NCBI RefSeq assembly: GCF_000143415.4
Contig: NW_003314407.1
Span: forward strand, 186,001-250,000
DNA: 64,000 nucleotides
From: Selaginella moellendorffii
Taxonomy: Eukaryota; Plantae; Lycopodiophyta
Direction: 5' to 3'
Part shown: positions 21,212 through 33,557 of the stretch, piece after piece
Position numbering within the stretch: position 1 is the stretch's first letter
Layout of the letters: each line of letters opens with the position of its first letter
Position numbers and translations under genes: made by a program
Notes under the pieces: model-generated
Databases searched by the model: none
Told to the model about the DNA's origin: nothing
The model's input: the letters and a program-made list of their open reading frames with translations, nothing else

Positions 21212-22663
21212 ATGGCGCCGACGGCCGACTACGATCTGTGGAAGAAGCACACGCCAGATCTCTACGATGTGATCATCACTCATGCTCTCGATTGGCCGGT
21301 GACGTCGGCGCAGTGGCTCCCTGATCATCAGAGGATCTTGCTTGGAATCAAGGCGCTGGATGATCCCGAAGATTGTCTGGAGAATTGCGTCCTCATCGTC
21401 AAGCTCGCTGTCCCAGCCGATCTTGACGCCGAGATCCCTGAGAACTGGGTAAGGCCCCCCTCCTTCTTCCTTCCATGTCTTTCCTGCGTTTCTTGATCTT
21501 TGTCCGATGAGGCTGAAATTCGATGTGGAATGCTCCATCCTAGGTCCAGATGACTCAATGGATCAAGCACGAAGGCCAGGTCAATCGAGCTCGCTACATG
21601 CCGCAATGCCCAACCATCGTCGCCGCCAAGGGCGAGACGTCGCGAGTTTGCATCTTCGACACCACGAAGCACGAGAATTCCGGCGGCCTGCCGTCGCAAG
21701 TGATCGCCGAGACCCAGCCGGAGATGCTACTCGAGGGGCATACCAAAGGTGGCCATGGTTTATCCTGGAATCCCTTCCGATGTGGCATCCTCGCGAGTGG
21801 ATCACGCGATGGTCTCGTTTGCGTGTGGGATGTGGGCGCCGCTGGATCATCGTCTCGTCCCATTATCACTTACCCGGTACGTAGACCTCATGAGGCAAAG
21901 ATATTTGATGCTTGCTCATAGTTTTTTCCTCGTTTTTGTCTTAGCAAAACACTCCAGTGGGAGACGTTACCTGGACGTCAAAACACGAGAACGTCTTTAG
22001 CACCGGGGATGAAGCAGGCTGGATGCGGACATGGGACTTGCGAGATCCTCTCAATCTAGTGGTTGCGGTGCGTGCTCACCTAGACCCATTGGAGTCACTG
22101 GCCTATCATCCTTACGACGAATTTTGTCTCGCAACTGGTTCGTGCGATAACACTGCCCGGATCTTCGACATACGCACACTCTCCCAGCCTATGCACACGT
22201 TCGTCGGTCACAGGTAAGTGATCTCTTTGGTCGAATAATGTTCCTCTCTTCGATCAATCCATTTTGATCTAGGGATACGGTTGTACGCGTCGACTGGAGT
22301 CCCAAATATCAGGGTGTGTTGGTTACGTCGTCAGAAGATCACAGGGTCATGCTTTGGAACGTGCAAAGGTGGCCTTTGTGAAAAACAGTAATCTATAGAG
22401 TAACTTTTTTGCTCGTCCTCGGTGAATCCAGGATTGGGGACGAACAGAGCGCCGAGGATGCCGAAGACGGACCACCTGAGCTCGTGTTTATCCACGGTGG
22501 ACACTGGGACATAGTCCACGACTTCTCCTGGGACGCCACCGCCAATCTCATCACCAGCGTCGGAGAAGATCACACTGTTCAGATCTGGAGGACGGCAAAA
22601 CACATCAAGCGCACTATGAGGGGCTCTTCGCCATCCAGGATGGAGACCCCTTCCTCTCCATGA
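21212..22663 (+). CDS. Divergent MSI1/RBBP4-family histone-binding WD40 protein, multi-exon
   Basis: [68 protein letters not shown]. Confidence 0.85.
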
Positions 22664-22800
22664 TCAGAGAACGAGCAACAGTCTCCTCGAGCTCTAAAAC
22701 AGCGTCAACGTTGCAAGATCACGAAGGCACTGCTGCTGTCACTCGCTCTACTCCCAGCCTACCAGCTCTCAAGTATCATCCGATCCAGCGATCTTGTTCA
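22655..22800 (-). pseudogene. Remnant of a PPR gene 3' end
   Basis: Blocks TCTCCATG.TCAGAGAACGAG, CTCCTCGAGCTCTAAAA and GTTGCAAGA match 29364-29500 of the PPR gene at 29314-31509. Confidence 0.55.
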
Positions 22801-23073
22801 AAGGGTCACAAGGACGGCGGCCGTTTTTCCTTTTGTCATGGCAATCTCTTGAGCGGATCATGCCATGGTCTTGTGTGGTGAGATCTCGTCTCATTAACCA
22901 TGCAATTTCTCGTCTTGTTTCAAGTTGGAGAAGTTATTTTGAGTAGTAGAAAATCCGTTTGAAGATTCTCTACCCGCGAAAATTTAAATCCAATACAGGC
23001 AACGGTCTAGATGGGCTTCACAGTAAAGGGCCTTAGGATATGCCTTTATTTGAAATCCTACGGAGAGAGCTCG

Positions 23074-24240
23074 ATGGACGATTACCATGTGTGGAAGAAA
23101 CACACGGCAGATCTCTACGATGTGGTCATTACTCATGGGCTCGATTGGCCGGTCACGTCGGCGCAGTGGCTCCCTGATCATCAGAGGATCTTGCTTGGAT
23201 CCAAAGCGCTGGATGATCCCCACGATTGTCTCGAGAATTGTGTCCTCATCGTCAAGCTCGCCGTCCCAGCCGATCTTGACGCCGAGATCCATGAGAACTG
23301 GGTAAGGCTGCTTCTTTTTTCCACGTCTTTCTTCCTTCTCTTGACCTCTAGAGAGTGTATGGAATGGGTCCAGATGACTCAATGGATCAAGCATGAAGAA
23401 GGACAGGTCAATCGAGCTCGCTAAATGCCGCAAACCCCTTCCATCGTCGCCACCAAGGACGTCGCGAGTTTGCATCTTCGACACCACACCACTAAGCACG
23501 AGAATTCCGGCGGCCTGCCGTCGCAAGTGATCTCCCAGGCTCAACCGGAGATGCTACTCAAGGGGCACACCAAAGGCGGCCATGGTCTCCCTTCCGGGCT
23601 GGATGCGTACGTGGGACTTACGAGATCCTTTCAATCCAGTCGTGCTCACCGAGACCCATTGGAGTCACTGGCCTATCATCCTTATGATGAATTTTGTCTC
23701 GCAACTAGTTCGTGCGATAACACCGCCCGGATCTTCGACACACGCGCACTCTCCCAGCCTCTGCACACGTTTGTCGGTCACATGTAAGTCTCTTTGATTA
23801 TATTTCCATCTTCCTCTCTTCTCCCAACTTGATCAATCCATAGGGACACGGTTGTATGCGTCGCCTGGAGTCCCAACCATCCAAGTGTCTTGGTTACGTC
23901 GGCAGAAGATCACAGGCTCATGCTTTGGGACGTGAAAAGGTGGTCTTGTGAAAAACTATAGTTTAACTTTAACTTGGCCTCGGTGAATGCAGGATTGGAG
24001 AAGAACAGAGCGCTGAGGATGCCAAAGACGGACCACCTGAGCTCCTTTTCATCACGGTGGACACTGGGACATAGTCCACGACTTCTCCTGGGACGCCACC
24101 ACCAATCTCATCACCAGTGTCGGAGAAGACCACACTGTCCAGATCTGGAGGATGGCAGAACATATTGAGTGCACTATCAGGGACTCCTCCATTGCTTCCC
24201 CTTCGGGATGTAATCATGGAGAGCAGGGGTCTCCATGATC
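23074..24240 (+). pseudogene. MSI-like WD40 pseudogene (tandem copy 2)
   Basis: High similarity to 21212-22663 with a premature TAA (23422), frameshifts and an internal deletion. The duplication starts near 22977 and includes the HAT gene 3' end. Confidence 0.85.
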
Positions 24241-24904
24241 ACAAACGAGCAACAAAGATGTTACTATGCCTCCTTCAATCATCGCCATCATGTCCGAACT
24301 GTTGCAAAGACACTAGCAAGCACGAGGATCAGCACAAAGTATACTCGGATCCAGTGTTGTTCAAGGGACACAAGGATTGCATTTGTCATGGCAATCTCTT
24401 GAGTGGATCATGCCATGGTCTCTCGTGTGTTTGTGGGACGTGAGTAGTCGTCCCATATTAACATGCTTACAGTACGTCTACTCATGTATGGCGCAATTTC
24501 TCGTCTTGTAAACCAGTTTAGTTCGAAGTTCCAAACATGAGCACGTTCCAAGATCTACAAATTTACCATAAAGTGCCTGAAAATTTTAAACTTCACAGCC
24601 TCACACCCCAAAGATCTCCCTTGAGTTCTCAGAAAAGAGGTGTCATTGTTCCAACTCTCGGGACATCATTCTCTTGCAAATTGTTTCACTTTTAGCTCAC
24701 AAACTCTAAGCCATGACACTTATTCCTTGAATTCGTTGATGAATTCCACCTTTACCGAATAAATTCCATGAGTAAATGCCATGGCTAGGATTTTTGTGCT
24801 AAAAGTCAAAAGATTTTGAGAGTGAATGATGTCCTGGGAGATGGAACGATGGTGCCTCTTCTTTAACCAACTTCTTTTGTTCGTTTTTTCATCAAGAGTT
24901 AAAT

Positions 24905-25290
24905 TAATAACCTGGAGAGTGTATAGACGAGTGCCAGGAGCACACCAGGGGGGCTTCCATGAGAGCTCTCTGATGGACCACAATGTTTCTGGCTGAATGG
25001 CTGCCGCTCTTTGCAAAGCTCTCGTGCCTGACTCAAGTTTTCAACTTTGTCTTCCACATGTGCAAGCAGTAAACTATGGCTAGCTCAGTAAAGGAAAACT
25101 AAGAACACCAGTGCCTACCTTTTAGCCACGAATATGGATTCCTTCCAAGCTTTTAACGATTTGGAAGCTCTGGCTCCAGAGAAGCCCCATCCTTGCAGTG
25201 TAAGCACGTAGTAGTTGAGGTTTCCAGTTTCTTCGAAGATTACAGCACGAGAGAACAAGATGCCGCCGCAACCAGCATGAAAAGAGTAAA
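24905..25290 (-). pseudogene. Inverted fragment of the HAT/HCF107-like gene
   Basis: Translates LFSRAVIFEETGNLNYYVLTLQGWG and QRAAAIQPE, matching 19800-20370, with deletions. Confidence 0.8.
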
Positions 25291-25579
25291 AAACACAAAC
25301 CTTTTCTCGCTTCATACTCTACCCAAAGTGCGTAAAATTTCGCTCATGCTATTGATCTCTTGTTTTAACAGAAAAAAAACTGATGTTCATCTCCCGCAAG
25401 ACATCAAGGTCTGGGAAAATTCGTGTTTTGGCAATGTCTTTTTAGTCATCTGACCCAATGCACACCCTTGGTGGTGTTGATGGGATAGTCATTCCAGTGA
25501 TCAACTGGTTCTTATCGTAATGATTTATATAAGATACACTAGTCTCCATGAAGTTAATTTCAGCTCCGTCACTGCCAGT

Positions 25580-25920
25580 CAACAGTCTAGATTGGCGTGC
25601 CTAGACAGACAGTTCACAATAAAGGAGCCTAGCATATGCCATAATTTAAATTAAGCTTGCGGAGGAGAGAGAGCTCAGCTATCGCAATGGCGGATTTGGA
25701 AGAAGCACATGCTAGTCTCTACGATGTGGTCATTACTCATGCTCAATTGGCCACTGGCGAGTGGGCTCCTGATCATAATAACATTGCCTGGATCTTTGAC
25801 ATACAGACCTCCAGTGCATACATTGTTGGTACTTTTATCACAACTTGATCAATCCATTTCATCCATGGTACATAGTCTATGACTTCTCTTATGGCACCAC
25901 CACCAATCTCATCACCAGCA
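25580..25920 (+). pseudogene. Heavily deleted MSI-like copy 3
   Basis: Matches the MSI promoter/5' end (SLYDVVITHA) and last exon (ACCAATCTCATCACCAG). Confidence 0.7.
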
Positions 25921-26893
25921 TTAGTTTCTGTGCTCTTGCAACATTAGATGGCAGCTGTTTAGTAACATCTTGCTCTCCATAATTCAATGTCAAAGAAGTA
26001 GTGGAGGAGTTTTTTGCTGCCCCGATGATGTATTCCACTAGACTCTAGTCAAATCTAGTGTTAGGTGAAGAGATTGATAGATCTGTCCACTTTGAATTCA
26101 GTTTCCACTATAGAAGACCCTTAATCAATTAAAAAACAATCTCAACATCCCTAGTCAACCAAAAAAGTAAAGACTTTTTTACTTTTAATACCCTTAATCA
26201 TTAAAAAAAAAGCCCATATCTTTAAACCATAATGAATCTCTTTCAATATAATGTCACTAATAGATTGATGATGGTGCCCAGATCTGCCCAGATCTAGAGG
26301 ATGGTACATATTCAAGAGCAATAGAGACTCCACTGGGACATCATACAAGACAAGGATTTACACTATATATGATACACTGTTAATGTGACTACCCACATCC
26401 TATTAATACACCCCACAGTGTGACAAACATAATGCTTCATGTGATGATTCATAATGAGGGTGATGATTGAAGAATAGGCATCTAGCACATGTGACAATGC
26501 TTCTGTACTCTTGCAACATAATGACAATTATTTAGTAGCATCTCTTTGTTACTAATTTGTGATCATGGAGTGCTCTCCATGATTGGATCCTGAAGAGGGA
26601 GCAGTAGTAATTTCTCCCACTAGAGCTAATTTAATTCTTCAAGATCTAGACATGTTACCTGGACAGCTAAACATAAGTATGTCTTCAGCCTTGGAGGAGT
26701 TATGTTCCAGACATACTTGCAAAAAGTGTAAAATTTCCTTTAAATATTGACAACTCCCTTCTCAATCTTTTCACTTTTTGAATTCCAAGCCACTCTTGGA
26801 ATTCTTTGACCAATTCCTAGAGTTTGTGTGTGTCAAATATTCTTAGAATTAGTCTATATCATGAAGCTTCTAACCCCTTGAATAGGCTCTTTT

Positions 26894-27325
26894 TGTTAAG
26901 ATTCTATCCCTTACACCCTAAAGCAAATCCTCCCCTCACTAGAAAATGATTAATAGTTAGGCCACCCTTCAAATCCATTATGCCATACTTCTTTTAAGGT
27001 TTACTAAATTTTATTTCTCCCCTCCCTCTAAATCCACCATGTTGAATATTCTTTCAAAATATTTTTGCCTCACTCACTAACCACTAGAATTGAAATAGGC
27101 TCCAATACTAATCTTAGGATCTTATCCCTTACACTATATGAATTGCCCTTTTTTATTCTATTATCCTAACCTCATGCTTAACAATCCTCCCTTCATTAGG
27201 GAATGATAATCCAAATCATTCTTAGATCCACTATCCTTTTAGGATCTACCAAACTTTAGTTTTCTTTATAAATCCACTATGTCAAATATTCTTTTAGAAT
27301 ATTCTTGAACTAATACCAATGTTAT
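26894..27325 (-). mobile_element. Tandem TRIM (LTR-internal-LTR-internal) in reverse orientation
   Basis: Two copies of AATCCAC.ATGT..AATATTCTTT..AATATT, each followed by a reverse PBS-like (AATACCA/AATACTA) and short LTR pieces. Homologous to 28710-29027. Confidence 0.6.
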
Positions 27326-27367
27326 AATTGTGCTTAAGTATGATCATGGATGATCATTCCCTAGGCA

Positions 27368-27468
27368 TGTTAAGCACCAAATCAGTATAATAGGATAAGA
27401 AAAGTCTCTATAATCAATTAATCCCTTTTAGCTAGTTGGGATAAGGTGTAAGGGATAATATCCTAACA
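27368..27468 (+). mobile_element. Solo LTR of the TRIM family
   Basis: TGTTAAG...CCTAACA, similar to 28710-28804. Confidence 0.6.
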
Positions 27469-28709
27469 CTTTCTAGACCTACATCAACACTATATCTTTA
27501 GGGCATTTCTTAAAGGAGAAAATAGATTTGAAGAAGAGGGACTTTAATTATGAAATTTTAGATGGACTAATCTCTCAAGCTCAAGTCTTGGGAGCTTATT
27601 GATGTGGCAACAAACAACTTGCAAGTTTTGAAGATTTAAAACATGTTAAGAAAATTACATAGGAAACTTGCTGTATATTGATCATGCAAATGCCTGGAAC
27701 TGAGGAGATGAGGAAGACTAAACGTTGTGCAAAAAAAAAAAAACGCTCAGAATCTGAAAATGGAACTTCTTGCAACTATTGCACATAAAAAATAAAAGAG
27801 TTAATAATTGATTCCTCCCATAGGATAGCCACCCTAGTATCTTATTCTTGATCAATATCCCAGTGAGCCAAGAATAGTATCCCAACGACCAAAGGAGCAA
27901 GACCAGGACTCTCTCTATAGAGAGTTTATTATGAAAAGCCTCTCTGGCAGATCGATGCTCTAGCATGTGGATAAAATTTATAAAGGTGTCATTTTAAAGT
28001 CTTAGTTTGCTTTTCTTTTCTAGAGGCAATGCAAGGACTTGATATTCAGCAATTTTCAAGTGATCTCTTCATGGTTTCTATCCTGCTGTGGAATGTGGAT
28101 GCTTGATAGCAAGCAATTCCACAATATGTGATCATTCCATTGTACAATATCAATAGGCTTTGATTATAGATTCATAATTAATGTTGGGAGGTAATTTTGC
28201 TAGGAATTTCATAACATGTAAAGATTATGACATGCAAAATAATTGTATGACATATAAAGATTATGATATGTAAGGTAATTGCATAACATGTAAAAGAAAT
28301 TAATCTCTCAGGCTCTATGATGGTATTTTGTCTAAAATATATAGGCAATTTGTGTTTATCAATCTCTAGAACATGAGATATATTGAGAGGACAAACCTCA
28401 TCTAGAACAAATGCCAATGAGTGAATGCTTGCAAGAATGTAGAAAACAACCTAAATAATAATTCATTTAGTCATCCATATACTGTTTATTTACAGCAGCC
28501 CTAAGAAGCATGAGACTGATAGGTTCAAATATGCTGTAATGACAATTGCTATGGCTGTTGCAATCTCATCAACATCTATGTTATCCACCTCAGTACTTAT
28601 GGTTGGTCTTAGTCCATGTGCTTCAGTTGGCATGGCCATATTCTATTGCAGATGAATACAAGCTCTAGAGTGCCATTGTTTCCTTGCCCCCCTCTACAAT
28701 TGCAATAGT

Positions 28710-29027
28710 TGTTAAACATGATAATAGAATAAGAAAAGGCCTTGCAATTAAGTGATCACTTCTTTAGCTAGTTAGTTTAAGGTGTAAAGGATAAAATACT
28801 AACATTGGTATTGAAGCTTAGTTAGATTCTGATGGCAGACCAGTGGGGTGGGGTAAGAATATTTTGAAGGGATAGTCAACATGGTGGATTTAAAAGGAGG
28901 GGATCTAAAGGGAGAACCAAAGTTTAATAAACCCTTATCTATATAGGGGAGAATTGTTAAACACCAGCTCAAGATAATAAAATAGGAAAGGCCTTGAAAT
29001 CAAATGATCACCCATAGGATCCTAACA
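28710..29027 (+). mobile_element. TRIM (terminal-repeat retrotransposon in miniature)
   Basis: LTR 28710-28804 (TGTTAAACA...CTAACA), Met-type PBS TGGTATTGAAGC, ~150-bp internal region, PPT AGGGGAGAA, second LTR 28955-29027. Confidence 0.7.
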
Positions 29028-29194
29028 GTATTGGCAATGAGGTAAAACACAAATTGGAAGTATGGAACTTTAACAATGCCCTCAGGAATTATGTGGTCCA
29101 TAAGAATGTAGGCATGTGCTAACACTGATCCATTGTTCATGAGCTCCCATCATGTGGATCAACCAGCGTGTCCAAGAAGCTGAGAGACCATCCG

Positions 29195-29385
29195 AAAGGA
29201 TCCTTTTCATTCCACAAAAATGGTCATAGTCCACAATATCTCCTTACCAACAATCTTATCAGCAGTGTCAGAGAAGACAGCTCACTATCCAGATCTGGAG
29301 GATGGCGAACACATCACGGCCAACTTCGTTGCTGCCACTTCTTCGGCATCCAACTGATACGGCTCTCCATGTTCAGAGAACGAGG
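29195..29385 (+). pseudogene. MSI-like last-exon fragment (copy 4), overlapping the 3' end of the convergent PPR gene
   Basis: CATAGTCCAC...CCAGATCTGGAGGATGGC matches 22510-22600. Confidence 0.65.
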
Positions 29386-31509
29386 ATTTGTGGCATAGAT
29401 GTTAGACAGAAGAATGTATGGAGCTGCCATCTCCTCGAGCTCTAAAAAGTTGTCCATGATGCTGGCTCCGAGCTGAACGTCGCCATGGAGGTTGCAAGAA
29501 CCGAGCAGTGACGTCCAGGCGGCGGAGTTTGGTAGGCACGGCATGCTTCGTATCAGCATCTCGGCTTGCACTAGCAGCCCGGCCCGTCCCAGACAATCGG
29601 CAATGCAGCAGAAGTGTTCCACCTCTGGGACCAGCCCGTGATCCTGCTGCATTGAAATGAAGCAGTCCCTCCCTCCATCAACGTAGCCTTCGTAGCTGCA
29701 AGCGGCAAGAACTATCTGCAAAGTTGCTTCATCCGGAGTCGGGCAGCTCTCCAAGTTCATCACGTGAAAAATCTCGAGCGCCTGACGGCAGTGTCCATCT
29801 TGTGCGTAAGCTTGGATCATCAAGTTCCACAACAGCAAACTCTTCGTTGGACATCTGTTGAATAGATCTCTAGCGTGCTCCATCTTTCCGGCTTGGGCGT
29901 AAGCCGTTACCATGACTGACCACGTAACCGCGTTCTTCTCGTTCGGGAAACCATCGAATATGTCTCTAGCCATAGTCAGCTGACCGTGGTAAGCATACAC
30001 GGCCATCATGATCGTCCACGAGATCACTGTTTGCTCCGGCGAGTTGTCGAACATAAACTTGGCTTCCGCAAGTGATGATCCTCCGAATCCATAGGCCGCG
30101 GACATGGTGTTCCACGACACGCTCGTATGCTGCGCCATCCTCTTGAAAACCACCTTTGCTAGCTCCAAGTCTCCAACGTTTGTGTAGGCGTTCATGAGCG
30201 AGTTCCAAGAGATGAAGTCCCTCAGCGCCATCGCATCAAAAAGCTTTTTTGCGTCACCAACCTGATCTTCCACCGCGTAGGCAGCCAGCATGGCATTCAT
30301 GGAAACAATGTCCGGGTGTTCCATGCGATCAAAGAGAAGCTTTGCTTGCTCCAAGTTCCCAACCTGTGCATACGAAGAGATTATAAAGTTGTAAGAAACG
30401 ACATGAAAATGCGGCATTTTCTCAAAGACTTGCCTGGCCTCAACCAGCTTCTCGTTGAAAACATAGGCCTGGATGAGCGCGTTCCAGGAGCTTGCGTTCC
30501 TGTTTGGCATCCTTTTGAAAAAAGAAACCGAGTGGCTTATCTTTCCTGGAAGAGAGACGATCATTGCGTTCCAAGTCACAGTATTCCGAACCTCGGCCTT
30601 TTCAAACAGCTCCAGCGCTCGCTGGAGATCGCCACACTCGGCATACCCGGTGATCATCACGTTCCAAGTCACCACAGACTTCTCACGCATCCGCTCGAAC
30701 AAGTCCCTGGCCTCCTCGAGAAGCTTGTTACAAACGCACCCCTGGATCATCGCATTCCACGAGACACTATCTCTGTGAGGAATGGAATGGAACACTCGCC
30801 TGGCCTCCTGCAAGTCTCCGTTTTCCGCAAAGGCCGCGACCAGGGTGTTGTGAGACGCAGCATCACGCGAAGGCATCCTCTCAAAGACTTCCTTCGCTTC
30901 TCCAAGATTCCCACTGTGTGCGTAAGCTTGAATGAGAGCGTTCCACGAGACGACGGTGCGCTGCGGCATAGATTCAAACAGGCCGCGAGACTCCGTGTAA
31001 TCCCCCTTGTGGGCATTTGCAGAAATCAAAGGAGTCCAAGCAACTGGGTCGTGCTCCGGCATCTTTCTCAGCACCGCGGTCGCTTCTACAAGAAAGGATT
31101 TGTGCGCGTACTCCTGTACCATGACTGTCCACACAACAACGTCCCTTTGTGGCATCCTGATGAAAACACTCCAGGCTTCCTCAAGATGCCCATTGAGGGC
31201 ATACGCTTTGATGAGAATCGTCCACGAGAAGAGATTGGGGTCCTTGATCTGATGGAAGACCAAGACCGCATTACCCACACTGCCACACTTGCCATACATC
31301 TCCACCAGGAGATGCGCCAGGTATCGCTTTGGATCCCCGCCGATGAGCGCATGGGCACGCTTCCCCTGGAACAAATCCCTGGAATTCCCGGCCGCTTTCA
31401 CCAGGCGCGCGAGATTTGCCTCGCCTGTGCGATCGAGCGCAGCAGCGCTGGAAGAAGAAGAGCAAAACTGGCGCCACAGAAGGAGCCAAGAGGACGGCCG
31501 ACGTGGCAT
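29314..31509 (-). CDS. PLS-class PPR protein with E region, no DYW
   Basis: 731-aa ORF with a transit-peptide-like start, PPR repeats, HFCCIADCLGRAG and APYILLSNIY. Confidence 0.92.
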   Translation of the reverse strand: MPRRPSSWLLLWRQFCSSSSSAAALDRTGEANLARLVKAAGNSRDLFQGKRAHALIGGDPKRYLAHLLVEMYGKCGSVGNAVLVFHQIKDPNLFSWTILIKAYALNGHLEEAWSVFIRMPQRDVVVWTVMVQEYAHKSFLVEATAVLRKMPEHDPVAWTPLISANAHKGDYTESRGLFESMPQRTVVSWNALIQAYAHSGNLGEAKEVFERMPSRDAASHNTLVAAFAENGDLQEARRVFHSIPHRDSVSWNAMIQGCVCNKLLEEARDLFERMREKSVVTWNVMITGYAECGDLQRALELFEKAEVRNTVTWNAMIVSLPGKISHSVSFFKRMPNRNASSWNALIQAYVFNEKLVEARQVFEKMPHFHVVSYNFIISSYAQVGNLEQAKLLFDRMEHPDIVSMNAMLAAYAVEDQVGDAKKLFDAMALRDFISWNSLMNAYTNVGDLELAKVVFKRMAQHTSVSWNTMSAAYGFGGSSLAEAKFMFDNSPEQTVISWTIMMAVYAYHGQLTMARDIFDGFPNEKNAVTWSVMVTAYAQAGKMEHARDLFNRCPTKSLLLWNLMIQAYAQDGHCRQALEIFHVMNLESCPTPDEATLQIVLAACSYEGYVDGGRDCFISMQQDHGLVPEVEHFCCIADCLGRAGLLVQAEMLIRSMPCLPNSAAWTSLLGSCNLHGDVQLGASIMDNFLELEEMAAPYILLSNIYATNPRSLNMESRISWMPKKWQQRSWP

Positions 31510-31596
31510 AAACCATTAAGAAATCCAGGCCGTAGATCAAAGCTAAGCTCGGGATTCTTCTAGGGTTAGAGAGGGCTTTGTTTGGAGCTACTGGCG

Positions 31597-33370
31597 ATGG
31601 CCGCGACCAACAGCAGGATCTCCTTCACGAAGATCATGAAGAAGGCACACATGGCCGAAATGGTAATCCCCATCTCCTTCTTTTCCCTCTAATTCTCGTT
31701 GTGATCGATCAGCCAATTCCCAAGCCAGTGTACGAGAAGTACTCCACTGGCGCTCTGCGGGGCACCGTGATCTTGGAGCTGGGAGGCAGCGACTGGCAAG
31801 TGGAGGTGGGCTCCGGATCATTCACCACAGGATGGAAGCAGTTCTGCCTCGACAACGCGATCAAGGAGAACGACTCGCTCGTCTTCCACCACCAGTCGGC
31901 CAGGCGCTTCTCCGTGGAGCTCTACAGCAGCGATGGATCCGCCAAGCCGGGAGGAGGAGCCAAGAGCTCCACCTCCGGAGGAAATGCCCTGGCGGAGGCC
32001 ATGGAGAAGGTGATCAAGGAGTGCGTCGTCCATCTGGATGAGGAGTCGAGCCTAAAGTTCGTCATCTCCAAGGTTCCCAGAGTGGTCGACGTCGAGGTCG
32101 CGGAGCCTTCCACTCCTCGCAAGATCGTCAAGGCCGCGGGGATTGGGAATGGACCGTCCGCCAGGACGAGGTCGTCGCCCAAGACCGCTCCACCCCCAGC
32201 GGCGGTGGCGCGAGTGGAGTCGAGGAAGAAGAAGAAGCAACCACTGCCGGTGTCGGAGTCGGACGCCGAGGAGGAGGCTCCTCCTGCCAAGAGGGCCAGG
32301 ACCGAGCCATCCAAGAGGAGGGAGGTAACGCGAGCTTCCACCAGGCGCTCGCTAGAGTCGGGTAGTGGCAGCAAAGGCCGGCCCAGCAGGAGGAAGAGCA
32401 AGGTGGTGAGCAAGATCACGGCTCTGGAGGTACGTGTGGATTCCACTTCCACTCTCCCTGCAGCGAAGCAGGAGGACACTCCGAGAGAGAGGAAGAAGGT
32501 GGCCAAGTCGGGAAAAGGAACAGCCGAGAAGAAGACGCGAGAGAGGAGGAAGACGAGTTCTGCGAGGAAATCATCGAGCTCCAGGGGAAAGAAGCAGGTT
32601 ATTCCTGCGGCAGACTCGGCAGCTCTCGCACAAGCGGCGGCATTCAAGACGAGCAACCCGAGCACCGTGATAGTGATGAAGAAGAGCAACATCGCTCCGT
32701 GCTTTTACCTGGTAGCCATCCATCTCCCTGCTTTTGCTGCTCCTTTGCCGTGACTGACACACGATCGATCGTGGTTTTGCCGCAGAGCATTCCGAACGAA
32801 TTCGCGAAGGTGCACCTTCCGGAGGATCTCAAGGAGTTTGACATGGTGGACTCGACGAACAAGGCGTGGGGGGTGCGGTGGCTCGGCCCTCCAAAGCGTG
32901 CCTTCAGCGGAGGGTGGTGCTACTTTGCGCAGGATCACAACTTGCAGCTCAACGACGTGTGCGTGCTGGAGATGCTCGGCGAGAACAGGGTCAGAGTTAA
33001 CATCTTCAAGGCGGATCCAAAAGCAGCCCAAGGAGGAGGAGAAGCGGCAGCTCCTCCTGCGAATCCAGCCGCAAACGAAGGTGCGGGATTTGAGGCCGCC
33101 AAGGAAGATGGCCATGGCGATGTGGATGGTGGCGATGGTGGCGATGGTGGCGGTGGTGGTGGTGGTGGTGGTGGTGGTGGTGGTGAGCGTGATTTGGATG
33201 CTGTTGTGACTGGTATCACTGGTGGATCAAACAGGGATGAAGATGGCATCGCGGAGGAAGAGGCGGACGATGACGAGGAGGGCGATGACGAAGACTATGA
33301 TCCAAAGGAAGACGATGGAGGAGACGATGGGGGAGACGACGGAGATGGAGGCGATGATAAAGAAACTTAG
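31597..33370 (+). CDS. B3-domain protein (REM-like, two B3 domains, basic linker, acidic/Gly tail), 3 exons
   Basis: FTTGWKQFCLDNAIKENDSLVF and FSGGWCYFAQDHNLQLNDVCVLE. Exon 1 MAATNSRISFTKIM...; two short GT-AG introns. Confidence 0.88.
33128..33185 (+). repeat. (GGT)n microsatellite encoding poly-Gly
   Basis: GGT/GGC run inside the last exon of the B3 gene. Confidence 0.9.
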
Positions 33371-33557
33371 AAGTACTCTTGTTAATGTGTGAAGTAACAA
33401 AGATTTTCTTGTATGACATGGCATAAAAGTGCAGTGTGACGTGGCACGTCTCTTCCTCGCCAAGAAGCCCTAAAAAGAGTGCTTGCAACCTTTTGGCGGC
33501 GAGGACGGTGTTTTCATGCGGGAGGGCGATCGTCCTCCATCCCGGTGAGTGCCAGTC

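Noticed and set aside
27500-28700. Possible decayed gene between the TRIMs
   Set aside because: Multiple stops and no motif I can recognise; only a ~36-bp degenerate repeat near 28210-28295.
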